Shown here piece by piece: positions 37,445 to 47,048 of a stretch of 64,000 nucleotides of DNA (position 1 is its first letter; each line of letters opens with the position of its first letter). The notes under the pieces were generated by a model. The model did no database searches and had not been told where the DNA came from. It was given only the letters and a program-made list of their open reading frames with translations. A program made the position numbers and the translations under genes. The stretch covers positions 4,433 to 68,432 of the forward strand of contig JAOAET010000015.1 in NCBI GenBank assembly GCA_026416665.1, written 5' to 3'. The DNA is from Candidatus Omnitrophota bacterium (GTDB taxonomy: Bacteria > Omnitrophota > Gorgyraeia > Gygaellales > Profunditerraquicolaceae).

Positions 37445-37739
37445 CTAGCCAATTTAAGTAATCTTTATTACCAGCGATTATAGGAAGCGCAATGATTTCA
37501 GGTACAGAATAACTATGTAACAACCGAACCGTCTTTATAAGCGAATTCAATTTTTCTTTCTTGGTTTTAATCACCAAAAGAAGCTCTTTAGCTTTATCTA
37601 TTTTCCCTTGCCACCAAAAAAACGAGTCTATTTTGTCAATAATATTAACACAAGCAGCAAGTTTTTTCTCTACAATATGCTGAGCAATCTGCTGTGCCTG
37701 CGCACGTTTTGGTACAGTTATAAAAACCACAATTTTCAT
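37428..37739 (-). CDS. cutA: Divalent-cation tolerance protein CutA
   Basis: LAACVNI, WWQGKI, HSYSVPEII, YLNWL. Confidence 0.95.
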   Translation of the reverse strand: MKIVVFITVPKRAQAQQIAQHIVEKKLAACVNIIDKIDSFFWWQGKIDKAKELLLVIKTKKEKLNSLIKTVRLLHSYSVPEIIALPIIAGNKDYLNWLDESLR

Positions 37740-37744
37740 GGCCT

Positions 37745-38218
37745 TTAAAATAGTCTTTTCACCAGATTAGCTATACGAACACCATAACGTTGACATTCTT
37801 TTAATACCCTTGCATCTGGGGCCCCGATAGCTACTGGGCCATAATGGTCACCCTGATAATCACCCTGAATTATCATACCATGAATAAGCATGGCATTCAA
37901 GATATCTAAAATCGTAGTCTCATTTCCACCACCAATATTTGCACTTGAAGCAAAGGCACCGCCTACCTTGCCATCTAATTTTCCGTGAAAACGAACTGAT
38001 TCGTCAAAAAGCTTTTTTATCTGATAAGCCATTGTTCCGTAATAGGTAGGAGAACCTACTATGATTGCGTCGTAATCCAAAAGTTGTTGTGCTTTAACTT
38101 CATCTACTTCTTTTACCTCTACTTCTAAATTCTCTTTTTTGATACCTTCAGCAATTGTCTGTGCCATTTTCTTTGTATTACCAGTCTGAGAGTAGTAGAT
38201 TATTATTATTTTTGCCAT
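37745..38218 (-). CDS. Flavodoxin / WrbA-like flavoprotein
   Basis: YYSQTGNTKKMA, GSPTYYG, GGGNETT. Confidence 0.88.
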   Translation of the reverse strand: MAKIIIIYYSQTGNTKKMAQTIAEGIKKENLEVEVKEVDEVKAQQLLDYDAIIVGSPTYYGTMAYQIKKLFDESVRFHGKLDGKVGGAFASSANIGGGNETTILDILNAMLIHGMIIQGDYQGDHYGPVAIGAPDARVLKECQRYGVRIANLVKRLF

Positions 38219-38232
38219 AACTGCCTCCTTTT

Positions 38233-39063
38233 TTATGTTATTCTCCTTACCAACTCAGGTAATATTTCTGCTGCTTGACCATTTAAGTAAAAATCACACA
38301 AATGCGAAAGTGCCGACGGCTGTTGGTTTATTTCAATAAGGGTTAATCCTCTCTCTTTAGCATATTGCGGCAACCAAGCTGCAGGGTAAACCACTAAAGA
38401 GCTGCCAACAATTAAAAAAGTTTTTGTTCTATCAATTAACTGGTATGCCTTAGATAAAGCATCCTGGGGTAAAGATTCACCGAATAAAACAATATCAATC
38501 CGAAATCTTGCTCTACAGTTTTCGCATCGGGGGCAGTAACGACTCATTATCCGCAGAATAGCTATTCTTGAATTTTGCTTTTGCTCAAAAAGTTTCATCA
38601 TCTCAGCTATACGCTGTTTCTCTAAGACAACAGTTTTTTTACAACCCTGGCAACGAATACGAAAGGCATTTCCGTGTAATTCAATTACTGAACGCGTACC
38701 TGCTTCTTGATGAAGATTATCAATATTTTGAGTAACTACTGCTTCCAGTAATCCTTCTTTCTCTAAAATGGTTAAAGCAAGATGGCCCGCATTGGGTTTA
38801 GCATTCAACAAAACAGAATAAAAATCTTTGACAAACTCCACCATTTTTTTTGAGCTCTGGCGAAATAGACTTACTAATCCTTCAAAGTTACCGAACTTTT
38901 GCGGGTCATATTTTTGCCATAAGCCATTCTGTCCTCTAAAAGCAGGTATACCAGATTCGCAGGATATACCTGCTCCTGTTAAACATACAACTTCTCCTTT
39001 AGCTAAAATCTTAGCTACAGAGAAGAACAAATCACTATCTGGTTTATTATTTTGTTTAAACAT
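38233..39063 (-). CDS. cobB: NAD-dependent protein deacylase (sirtuin, CobB-like)
   Basis: TGAGISCESGIPAFRG, TQNIDNLH, ELHGN, Zn CxxC pairs, GSSLVVYPAA. Confidence 0.9.
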   Translation of the reverse strand: MFKQNNKPDSDLFFSVAKILAKGEVVCLTGAGISCESGIPAFRGQNGLWQKYDPQKFGNFEGLVSLFRQSSKKMVEFVKDFYSVLLNAKPNAGHLALTILEKEGLLEAVVTQNIDNLHQEAGTRSVIELHGNAFRIRCQGCKKTVVLEKQRIAEMMKLFEQKQNSRIAILRIMSRYCPRCENCRARFRIDIVLFGESLPQDALSKAYQLIDRTKTFLIVGSSLVVYPAAWLPQYAKERGLTLIEINQQPSALSHLCDFYLNGQAAEILPELVRRIT

Positions 39064-39724
39064 ACCGATATTTTCTATTATCGAACAGCTTTAAAAGAAA
39101 AATTCCTCCGAAAAAACCTGCAATATGTGCGAACCAGGCAACTCCCCCCTCTGATACTCCCGCAGCTGTCTCCATAGCAAACTGCATAGACCCATTTATA
39201 ATTTGGAAAAAAATCCAAATAAGTAAAAACCACTTTGCCTCAATTTTCACCAGCCGCCAATAGTAAAAGAAAGGCACAAGCGTCAAGACCTTCGCTCGTG
39301 GATACAAAACTAGATATGCCCCCAACACACCTGAAACAGCTCCACTTGCTCCTATAGTAGGGATTTTAGAAAAAGGTGAAACAATAATATGCCCTATAGC
39401 AGCAGTTAGCCCACAGAGCAAATAAAAAAATATAAAATTTATGTGACCTAGCCGATCCTCAATATTATTGCCGAATATCCAAAGATATAACATATTACCA
39501 ATAATATGCATTAAACTTCCGTGAAAAAACATTGAGGTAACCAGCGAACGCAAATTATTAAAATGCACTACTTCATAAGGAATAAGCCCATAGAGATGTA
39601 TAATCTTTTCTAACTGACCTGCCAAGGACAACTCATAATAGAATACGATGGCATTGGCAACTATTAAACCTAAAGTTACAAAAGGAAAAGTCCTTGTAGG
39701 ATTTTCGTCACGCAGAGGTATCAT
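39056..39724 (-). CDS. Rhomboid intramembrane serine protease
   Basis: MIPLRDENP, HIIGNM, GASG, AHIAGF. Confidence 0.93.
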   Translation of the reverse strand: MIPLRDENPTRTFPFVTLGLIVANAIVFYYELSLAGQLEKIIHLYGLIPYEVVHFNNLRSLVTSMFFHGSLMHIIGNMLYLWIFGNNIEDRLGHINFIFFYLLCGLTAAIGHIIVSPFSKIPTIGASGAVSGVLGAYLVLYPRAKVLTLVPFFYYWRLVKIEAKWFLLIWIFFQIINGSMQFAMETAAGVSEGGVAWFAHIAGFFGGIFLLKLFDNRKYRYV

Positions 39725-40467
39725 AATAGCATCACAACTGACATAAATCTGCTGGAGGTTGACCCTTCTTTACGATACGAAAAAAACAAATCTTTTCTGC
39801 AAGAAGTACATAAACGACAGTCAACAATATGTTCATTTTCCACACCAAGTGAAACCAACTGACTAACATTTGCAGCTACTAAATCAAACCATAACTTACC
39901 GTTTTTAATAGATGTCTGCTCTGGAAAAATCTCAAGAAATTCTTCTTTTACTTGGTAACAACAGCACCGTAGCGCTGGGCCTAAAAATACCCTAAGATTT
40001 TTGGGATTGGATTTAAATTCTTGTTGCATTCTCTCAATGGTCAAAGAAGTAATCCTTTGAAGAGTGCTACGCCACCCAGCATGAATAATCCCAATACTTT
40101 TTGTATCTGGGTCATAAAGAGTAATTGGCAAACAATCTGCAGTCAAAACTCCAATAGCAATGCGTCGCTGATTAGTAATCAAGGCATCTGTAGAATCAAT
40201 AGCCGTAGCTTTGTCAAAAGCACCTTTACCCTTATCAGGGGTATCAATTCTTACTATCTGACAACCATGAATCTGGTTAGCACAGACTAATTCTTCTAGC
40301 TCTATACCACATCTTTGTAAAAATTGTCTCCTTGCCTGAATTACCTGCTGTTTATCATTACCTGGAAAAGACATTGAGCCATTGGAACGTAAAGAAAAAA
40401 CGCACAAACAAGAAGAATCCCACGTAAAACAATAATCATTTTTTAGTTCAGCCTCTAACTTTAACAT
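39721..40467 (-). CDS. pgeF: PgeF/YfiH peptidoglycan editing factor (laccase-domain / FAMIN family)
   Basis: NQIHG, TADCLP, HAGWR, FFSYR. Confidence 0.92.
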   Translation of the reverse strand: MLKLEAELKNDYCFTWDSSCLCVFSLRSNGSMSFPGNDKQQVIQARRQFLQRCGIELEELVCANQIHGCQIVRIDTPDKGKGAFDKATAIDSTDALITNQRRIAIGVLTADCLPITLYDPDTKSIGIIHAGWRSTLQRITSLTIERMQQEFKSNPKNLRVFLGPALRCCCYQVKEEFLEIFPEQTSIKNGKLWFDLVAANVSQLVSLGVENEHIVDCRLCTSCRKDLFFSYRKEGSTSSRFMSVVMLL

Positions 40468-40694
40468 TTGATACCATCTTCTATCTGAATAACCTTATTC
40501 CTGCTGTTTCTACCTTGGACAATTTTTATCTGATAACGTTTAAGATGTAAGTAGTCTGCCAAAACTTCTAGCAGTTGGTTATTTGCTTGGTTGTTTTCTG
40601 CTGGACGGGTTAGATAAATTTTTAAGCTTTTTCCAGCTGATTCAATTCTTACTCTGCTTGACTTTGGAATAACTTTTACAGCCACCAGTTTCAC
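40461..40694 (-). CDS. DUF167 (YggU-like) protein
   Basis: VKVIPKSS, PAENNQAN, GRNSRNK. Confidence 0.85.
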   Translation of the reverse strand: MKLVAVKVIPKSSRVRIESAGKSLKIYLTRPAENNQANNQLLEVLADYLHLKRYQIKIVQGRNSRNKVIQIEDGIKC

Positions 40695-40987
40695 TGCTCT
40701 GCACCCTTGTAGGCATCTAAGATACTATAAATTCCAATAACTCCAATAAACAAGATAGATAGAAGAAACAAAGACAAGGATAATAAAAACCAAAGGCTGG
40801 TTAATGCTTGCATAATTAGACAATAGGCAATAAAGACTGCCGATACGACAATAACGATAAGACCAATCACTGAAAAACCAATAATAATTAGCCCTTTAAT
40901 AATATGGCCATTATAGAGTTGGCCTAAACCAGCAAAAATAAATGAAAGAAGCACAGCAATTGCTCGGTGTCTGTTATAATTGTTCAT
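40691..40987 (-). CDS. Small membrane protein (TM2-like GLGQLY motif)
   Basis: LLSFIFAGLGQLYNG, hydrophobic helices, ILDAY. Overlaps both neighbours. Confidence 0.7.
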   Translation of the reverse strand: MNNYNRHRAIAVLLSFIFAGLGQLYNGHIIKGLIIIGFSVIGLIVIVVSAVFIAYCLIMQALTSLWFLLSLSLFLLSILFIGVIGIYSILDAYKGAEQ

Positions 40988-41930
40988 TTTTAACCGTTGT
41001 GTTTTCTAACTGTTTTGTCTGCTGCATTAACAGTAATCTATCAGAGACTCGTTCAAAACGATGAGAACTTTCCTGAAATTTTGTCCAAGCAGATTGGATG
41101 TGTCTGCCAACGAGGTCAAAGTCTTCTTTAAACTTCTTTAACTCCATAGATAACGTATTTAAGTTCTTAAGAATCTCCTTTGCATTCTCTTCTATTTTAA
41201 GACCCCTTAACCCAAGACAGATAACTTGCAGGTAAGCATAAAAAGTATTTGCAGAAACAGGGATTACATGGTGTTGCAAACTATAAGAAAAAATTTCTTC
41301 TTTAATGATAACTTCATAATAGACATTTTCTGCGGGGATATACATTAGAGCAAAATCATAGGTATTTTCTGCAGGCAAGATATACTTTGAAGAAATCTCC
41401 CCTATTCGGTTTTTAATATCTTGAATAAACTTTTTTCGAAACTGCTGTCTCTGTAGTTCATCAGTAGCCTCGGTAAACTTTAAAAAATTTTCTAAGCTGA
41501 ACTTGGCATCTACTGGAACAAGTCTCTCTCCAATAACAATCACCGCATCGACTACTTCCCCGTTTGAAAAACGATGTTGCAAATGATAGAAATTCTGAGG
41601 CAACACTTGGGCAAGGAGGCGCTCAAGTAGAGTTTCCCCAATTTGACCACGCAGTTTGGGGGCACGTAAAAGCTCTTGTAGTTTTGCGATATCCTGACTT
41701 ATCTGCATAATCTGCCGATTTGATTCTTCTAAAGCCCCTAGTGTTTTCTGAACATTACCAAAGATATTAGTAGCATTACCCATATTTAGTAATATCGAAT
41801 CCGATAGCTTCTGTAAAGATTGATTCATTGCCTCAAGTCGCCCACTAGTTAGAGAAAAAATTTTAAAAATAAGGAAAATAACTGATATACAGAATCCAAT
41901 AAGAATGATTGAAATTGTAAGGACTATCAT
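40974..41930 (-). CDS. rmuC: RmuC family protein
   Basis: N-terminal TM, RGQIGE, PVDAKF, YIPAE. Confidence 0.9.
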   Translation of the reverse strand: MIVLTISIILIGFCISVIFLIFKIFSLTSGRLEAMNQSLQKLSDSILLNMGNATNIFGNVQKTLGALEESNRQIMQISQDIAKLQELLRAPKLRGQIGETLLERLLAQVLPQNFYHLQHRFSNGEVVDAVIVIGERLVPVDAKFSLENFLKFTEATDELQRQQFRKKFIQDIKNRIGEISSKYILPAENTYDFALMYIPAENVYYEVIIKEEIFSYSLQHHVIPVSANTFYAYLQVICLGLRGLKIEENAKEILKNLNTLSMELKKFKEDFDLVGRHIQSAWTKFQESSHRFERVSDRLLLMQQTKQLENTTVKNEQL

Positions 41931-41959
41931 AACTTATCTTATTCTACACCTGATTTTTT

Positions 41960-41968
41960 ATTATACCA
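41960..41968 (-). promoter_or_regulatory. Extended -10 element upstream of rmuC
   Basis: TGGTATAAT on the minus strand. Confidence 0.4.
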
Positions 41969-41977
41969 CTAAATTAT

Positions 41978-42688
41978 TTAGAGAAGATAATCCTTATTTA
42001 TCCGTTTTAAACTGTTTAAAATATTAGTTTTTACTTCTGGACAAATTCTTTCAAGACTCTGAATAATCCCAGCTACTGTCCTCCGACGAGACAAACTGGC
42101 TTGAGGGCAAACACATTCAAAAACAGGCAGCTTGTTCTCTTTAACAAACCGTTTTATCATTTTTTCTTCAACATATAAAAAAGGTCGGATTATTTTTATC
42201 TTGCCATTAAATAGCTTTTGAACAGGCTTCATTGCAGAAATTTCACCTTGAAAAAAAAGATTTAAAAGAATAGTCTGGGCAATATCATCTTTATGATGCC
42301 CCAAAGCAACAACATTGAAACCCAGTTTATCAGCAGACTGGAAAAGATGTTTTCTCCTGTTCCAAGAACACCAAAAACAATTAATTTTGCCTTTTTCTGT
42401 GTTTTTTAACTCCTGTGCCTTGACTATACGATAATCAACATCTATCTGCTTAAAATATTTTTCAAGTTGATGGGCAACAGATTTAGGATAACCTAAATCA
42501 ATATGTAAAGCAAGCAAATGGTATTTTATAGGGACAAAAGTCTTTCGGTCTAACAAAACCTTAAGCAAAGCCATGCTATCTTTTCCACCAGAAACAGCTA
42601 CAGCAATTCTATCACCGTTGGCAATCATTTTATATTCTGTGATTGCTTTCCCTGTACGCTTAGAAATATAAAATTCTGCCTGATTCAT
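41978..42688 (-). CDS. ttcA: tRNA 2-thiocytidine(32) synthetase TtcA-like
   Basis: PP-loop SGGKDS, CFWC, LGHHKDD, IRPF. Start uncertain. Confidence 0.85.
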   Translation of the reverse strand: MNQAEFYISKRTGKAITEYKMIANGDRIAVAVSGGKDSMALLKVLLDRKTFVPIKYHLLALHIDLGYPKSVAHQLEKYFKQIDVDYRIVKAQELKNTEKGKINCFWCSWNRRKHLFQSADKLGFNVVALGHHKDDIAQTILLNLFFQGEISAMKPVQKLFNGKIKIIRPFLYVEEKMIKRFVKENKLPVFECVCPQASLSRRRTVAGIIQSLERICPEVKTNILNSLKRINKDYLL

Positions 42689-42718
42689 TGTAACGTGCAC
42701 TGGCTTATTCGTTTTATC

Positions 42719-43546
42719 TTAAAATAAGCGTGGTAAAAAAAAGATATTAAGAATTGACTGTTGCCAGAAAATAGTAATAACTGCTGCTAAAGACAAGAAA
42801 GGGCCATAAGGAATAAGGTGGTCTTTTCTTACAAGCAAGTTACCTATTGCTACAAAAATGCCCAGAAATGGCGCTATAAAAAATGTCAATAATGCCGCCT
42901 TCCACCCTAAAAAAGCACCAATCATAGCAAGAAGCTTTATATCACCTCCGCCCATAGACTCTGTCTCTCCTTGAATAGGAGGGCGTTTTAGTATCTTAAA
43001 ATAAACAAGGTCAAAAATCCATCCAACACTAAATAATATCCCTCCACCTACTAAAATACCCAAAAGTGACATAAATCCGGGGTAGAAACTAAAATGTAGT
43101 GGATTGATAGAAATTCCTCTTAAGATATTAACCACTAATGCAAAAAGCATCCCCCCTATGGATACCTCATCTGGGATTATACGGTGAGCCAAATCAACAA
43201 AAGTAGCAACTATCAAACAACAGATAAGAATTAAATAATATACCAAATTAAAACTAAAACCAAAGTGCTGGTAAAATAAAACGAAACTTATTGCGGTAAT
43301 AGATTCTACCAGAACATAACGGAATGATATCTTTACCTTACAATAGCGACAACGACCCCAAAGGAAAAAATAACTTAAAATAGGTATATTATCATACCAA
43401 ACAATAGATTTTTGGCATTGAGGGCAATGAGAAGCAGGGGAAATTATTGATTCCTGTCGAGGCAAACGATAAATACAGACATTAAGAAAACTGCCCACCA
43501 CTGCCCCTATGATAAAAATAAATACTTTCTCAAAATATTCTAACAT
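42719..43546 (-). CDS. pilD: Prepilin peptidase / N-methyltransferase
   Basis: GSFLNVCIYRLP, two CxxC, MGGGDIKL, PYGPFL. Confidence 0.94.
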   Translation of the reverse strand: MLEYFEKVFIFIIGAVVGSFLNVCIYRLPRQESIISPASHCPQCQKSIVWYDNIPILSYFFLWGRCRYCKVKISFRYVLVESITAISFVLFYQHFGFSFNLVYYLILICCLIVATFVDLAHRIIPDEVSIGGMLFALVVNILRGISINPLHFSFYPGFMSLLGILVGGGILFSVGWIFDLVYFKILKRPPIQGETESMGGGDIKLLAMIGAFLGWKAALLTFFIAPFLGIFVAIGNLLVRKDHLIPYGPFLSLAAVITIFWQQSILNIFFLPRLF

Positions 43547-43567
43547 GGTTTTCTTTTGTTTTTTGAA

Positions 43568-43596
43568 ATTGTATCACGCTTTATTGATATACTCAA
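43568..43596 (-). promoter_or_regulatory. Promoter for pilD
   Basis: TTGAGT-17 nt-TACAAT with extended TG. A second TTGACA lies further upstream near 43659-43664. Confidence 0.55.
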
Positions 43597-43698
43597 GAAG
43601 ATTTGTTATGAGTATTGTATTCACAAATCCTTTTCTTCTTATGACGGAGAAATGATCGTGTCAAGTTTTGGTTTTTAAAGAAAAATCAGAAAGTATAT

Positions 43699-43729
43699 AA
43701 ATTAAAACCGGGAAAATTACTTTCCCGGT
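43699..43729 (-). terminator. Rho-independent terminator after the secreted unknown gene
   Basis: ACCGGGAAA-5 nt-TTTCCCGGT followed by TTTAATTT on the minus strand. Confidence 0.8.
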
Positions 43730-43769
43730 CTATAATAACAAAATCTATCTTTAAGATACTTTAAGCTGA

Positions 43770-44552
43770 TTAAGCCTCAGGTTGCTCTCCAGGAATCATT
43801 TTTACCACTATCTGTGCTTCTTCTTTTGCTGAAATTACCTTCATCGAGGTATCATTAAACCAGCGTAATTCTAAGGTAAGCGTTTCTGGGAATCTTCCAC
43901 CAAAATCTGCTGGGACAAGCAATACACTTCCACTTATAGTGGGATCAAGCACCCGAGGCGGTGCAGGTGGCTGCTTTTCAAAACTAATCTCACCAAAATC
44001 AGGCATAGTTAAAGCACCGTATTCTCCTTTAGGTTTTCCATCAACAAATAGACGAGCGTAAACTTGCCCACCTTTTATCTTTTGTTGCGACTGCCCACAC
44101 CAAGAAGAACAAAACTTAGTAATATCAAGAGGTTGCTGTTCTTTAGCTGCCTCAACTCTGAGTGTCCAGAAGATAAGTATCTTTGTATCTATTCTGCTAC
44201 GTTCAGGAATATTTAATACCATTTTGTCGAAACCGTTAAATTTTACATATCCTCTTTCTTGCTCAGGATCAAACATAAAGCCATCTTTAGTTTTAAAACT
44301 TACTGTTTCCTTTAGACCTTCAGCACAGGAAGCAGCGCCAGAACATTTTTTCGCAGTTTCTAAAGTAACAATTTCATGATAATAGTGTCCTTCGAGTGTA
44401 TCTGCCTTATTACTGATAAATTGTTCTAAAACAGGAATTGAAGTAGCCGGCATATTAGTTTTATTTTCTTCATCGGTAGCAAAGACATTTATACACAAAA
44501 TAAAAAAGCAGATACTAACTTTAAACCATGTCTTATTATACATCTTGGACAT
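43770..44552 (-). CDS. Hypothetical secreted protein
   Basis: 260-aa ORF with Sec signal (VFA|), AAGGAGG RBS and its own terminator. No family recognised. Confidence 0.8.
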   Translation of the reverse strand: MSKMYNKTWFKVSICFFILCINVFATDEENKTNMPATSIPVLEQFISNKADTLEGHYYHEIVTLETAKKCSGAASCAEGLKETVSFKTKDGFMFDPEQERGYVKFNGFDKMVLNIPERSRIDTKILIFWTLRVEAAKEQQPLDITKFCSSWCGQSQQKIKGGQVYARLFVDGKPKGEYGALTMPDFGEISFEKQPPAPPRVLDPTISGSVLLVPADFGGRFPETLTLELRWFNDTSMKVISAKEEAQIVVKMIPGEQPEA

Positions 44553-44629
44553 TAGACCCTCCTTATCTATTAAACTCTACGAATTTTCCCTAATATAAGT
44601 ATGGCATACAAAATTAGAAAATGCCAAAA

Positions 44630-45475
44630 TTATAATTTTTTCTTTTGATTAGCTTCGTAAAACGCCTTTTCCATAACATCCTGCGGTGGTCTCTTGCCTG
44701 TCCAAAGCTCAAAAGAACGCATACCTTGATAAATAAGCATACCTGCTCCGTTTAGAGTCTGTGCGCCCTTCTGTTGTGCTAAATAAAGCAATTTTGTTAA
44801 AGGGGGATTATAAATTAAGTCATACACGAAGAGTCGTTTACTTAAGTATTCTTCTGGCACAGGCAAGGGGTCATTCTCTTTAAGCCCCAATGGTGTAGCA
44901 TTAATAAGGATATCGCTTTCAGGTATGTTAAGCTCCTTTAAGCTTGAAGCTACAAAAATGTCTATTCTCGGAAAAAGCTGTTGTATCATCTCTGATATTG
45001 CCTTAGCCTTTTTTTGTTCTATATCAAATACCCTAATCTGAGCAACTGACTCTTCTGCCAATACATAACTTACTGCCCTGGCTGCCCCACCTGCTCCAAT
45101 TATTGTTACATATTTACCTTTTAAACTAATATGTTCTTTTATATGCCTTTTAAAACCATCTATATCTGTATTATATCCATACCATCGCCCATTTCGCTTA
45201 ACCATAGTGTTGATTGCTCCTACTATTTTAAGAAAAGCCGAATCCTTATCTAATGTTACATAAGAAAGTGCCTTTTCTTTATAAGGGATGGTTACATTTA
45301 AACCACTTATACCTTGTTGGTCAAGACTATTTAAAAAAGAATCGACTTCTTCGGGTTTGAGTGGAAATAACCGGTATTCTGCTTGTATTCCTAAAGCTAA
45401 AAAAGCAGCATTGTGAATAGCTGGGGATAAACTATGTCCTAATGGCCAACCAATCAGTCCGTAAAGAACTTTCAT
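44630..45475 (-). CDS. aroE: Shikimate dehydrogenase
   Basis: HSLSPAIHN, NVTIPYK, NTD, GAGGAAR, NATPLG, DLIYNP. Confidence 0.96.
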   Translation of the reverse strand: MKVLYGLIGWPLGHSLSPAIHNAAFLALGIQAEYRLFPLKPEEVDSFLNSLDQQGISGLNVTIPYKEKALSYVTLDKDSAFLKIVGAINTMVKRNGRWYGYNTDIDGFKRHIKEHISLKGKYVTIIGAGGAARAVSYVLAEESVAQIRVFDIEQKKAKAISEMIQQLFPRIDIFVASSLKELNIPESDILINATPLGLKENDPLPVPEEYLSKRLFVYDLIYNPPLTKLLYLAQQKGAQTLNGAGMLIYQGMRSFELWTGKRPPQDVMEKAFYEANQKKKL

Positions 45476-45539
45476 TTAATAAGATATAAAATTTAAGATA
45501 ATCTAAAGAGAAAGTAGTTTTTCTCTAAAGGATTTTTAA

Positions 45540-47048
45540 TTAAAGAGATTCTATTTTGTTAAGTGCTGAAATATAAGCCCTAACCGAAGATTCAATAATG
45601 TCTGTAGAAGAGGCGTGGCTGGTTACTACCTTACCTTTTGCCTTTAATTTTAAACTTACTTCACCAAGAGCATCTTTGCCACGTGTAACTGCTTCTATGC
45701 GAAAATCCTGCAATTCTGCTCTTATTTTCGTAATTTTATCAATTGCCTTAAAACAGGCGTCAATTGGACCATCGCCAACAGAGTTTCCACAACTGACTTT
45801 TCCTTTATACTTCAAACAGACCTCAGCATGTGGCTTTATATCTGTGCCAGAATTTACCTTGAAACTATCTAAAATCCAGATGGCTTTCACTGGCTTTGTT
45901 TCGTCCTCTACTAATGCAATCAAGTCATCATCGTAAAGCGTCTTCTTCTTATCTGCTAACTCTTTAAAACGTTGATTAACCTTATCAAGCTGTTCCGCAG
46001 TCAAATTACCATATCCTAATTCAGCAAGCCGTTGACTTAGGGCGTGCCTACCGGAGTGTTTGCCTAGAACAATACCACTGCCTACAAAACCCACCATCTC
46101 AGGACGAATTATTTCATAGGTAGAACGTTCTTTAAGTATACCATCCTGATGAATCCCTGATTCATGACGAAAGGCATTTGCTCCTACAATAGCTTTGTTG
46201 GGTGCAATAACAAAACCTGTAAGTTTTGAAACAAGACGAGATACTTTCCAAATATGATTTGTTTTAATAGCAGTATCTACTTCCGCGAAGATATCTCTGC
46301 GTGTCTTTACTGCCATAACCAACTCTTCCATTGAACAATTACCAGCCCGTTCACCGATTCCGTTAATAGTGCATTCTACCTGCCGTGCACCATTTTTGAT
46401 TCCTGCTAATGAATTGGCTACCGCAAGTCCCAAATCATTATGACAGTGAAGGGATATAACTGCTTTATCAATGTTGGGAACATTTTCTTTTATTGACTTA
46501 ATCAGCTCCCCATATTCCTGTGGATAAGCGTAACCTACAGTGTCAGGTATATTCACAGTAGTTGCACCTGCATCAATGACCGCTTCTATCACTTTGAAAA
46601 GAAATTTGGGTTCTGTGCGAGAGGCATCTTCAGGTGAAAACTCTATGTCTTCACAAAGTTTTTTGGCGTATTTTGTCCATTCATAAGCAAGACGCAATAT
46701 CTCATCCTCTGCCTTCTTTAATTTATACTGCATATGAATTTTAGAGGTGGCTAAAAACACATGAATACGTCTACGTTTTGCTGGACGAGTTGCCTCATAA
46801 GCTGCATCTATATCTTGTTTAACCGCTCTGGCAAGCCCACAGATAATTGACCCTTTTACAGTTTTAGCAATCTCTTTTACCGCTGCAAAATCGCCTGGTG
46901 AAGAAACAGGAAAACCTGCTTCAATAACATCTACGCCCATATCCGCTAACTCGTGGGCAATCTCTAATTTCTCTTTGGTATTTAAAGATGCACCTGGGGC
47001 TTGTTCTCCATCACGAAGTGTTGTATCAAAAATGATAATTTTTTCCAT
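45540..47048 (-). CDS. leuA: 2-isopropylmalate synthase
   Basis: DTTLRDGEQ, HCHNDLGLA, HESGIHQDG. Start overlaps the ilvC stop (TAATG). Confidence 0.96.
   Translation of the reverse strand: MEKIIIFDTTLRDGEQAPGASLNTKEKLEIAHELADMGVDVIEAGFPVSSPGDFAAVKEIAKTVKGSIICGLARAVKQDIDAAYEATRPAKRRRIHVFLATSKIHMQYKLKKAEDEILRLAYEWTKYAKKLCEDIEFSPEDASRTEPKFLFKVIEAVIDAGATTVNIPDTVGYAYPQEYGELIKSIKENVPNIDKAVISLHCHNDLGLAVANSLAGIKNGARQVECTINGIGERAGNCSMEELVMAVKTRRDIFAEVDTAIKTNHIWKVSRLVSKLTGFVIAPNKAIVGANAFRHESGIHQDGILKERSTYEIIRPEMVGFVGSGIVLGKHSGRHALSQRLAELGYGNLTAEQLDKVNQRFKELADKKKTLYDDDLIALVEDETKPVKAIWILDSFKVNSGTDIKPHAEVCLKYKGKVSCGNSVGDGPIDACFKAIDKITKIRAELQDFRIEAVTRGKDALGEVSLKLKAKGKVVTSHASSTDIIESSVRAYISALNKIESL

Noticed and set aside
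38233-41930. Sir2 and RmuC nuclease-fold genes as an anti-phage system
   Set aside because: The sirtuin has the Zn-binding CobB-type deacylase layout rather than a ThsA/DSR-like one, and the neighbours are housekeeping genes.
43611-43628. Rex-like operator half-site (TTCACAA) upstream of pilD
   Set aside because: The second half-site is mismatched and the spacing does not fit TTGTGAA-N4-TTCACAA.
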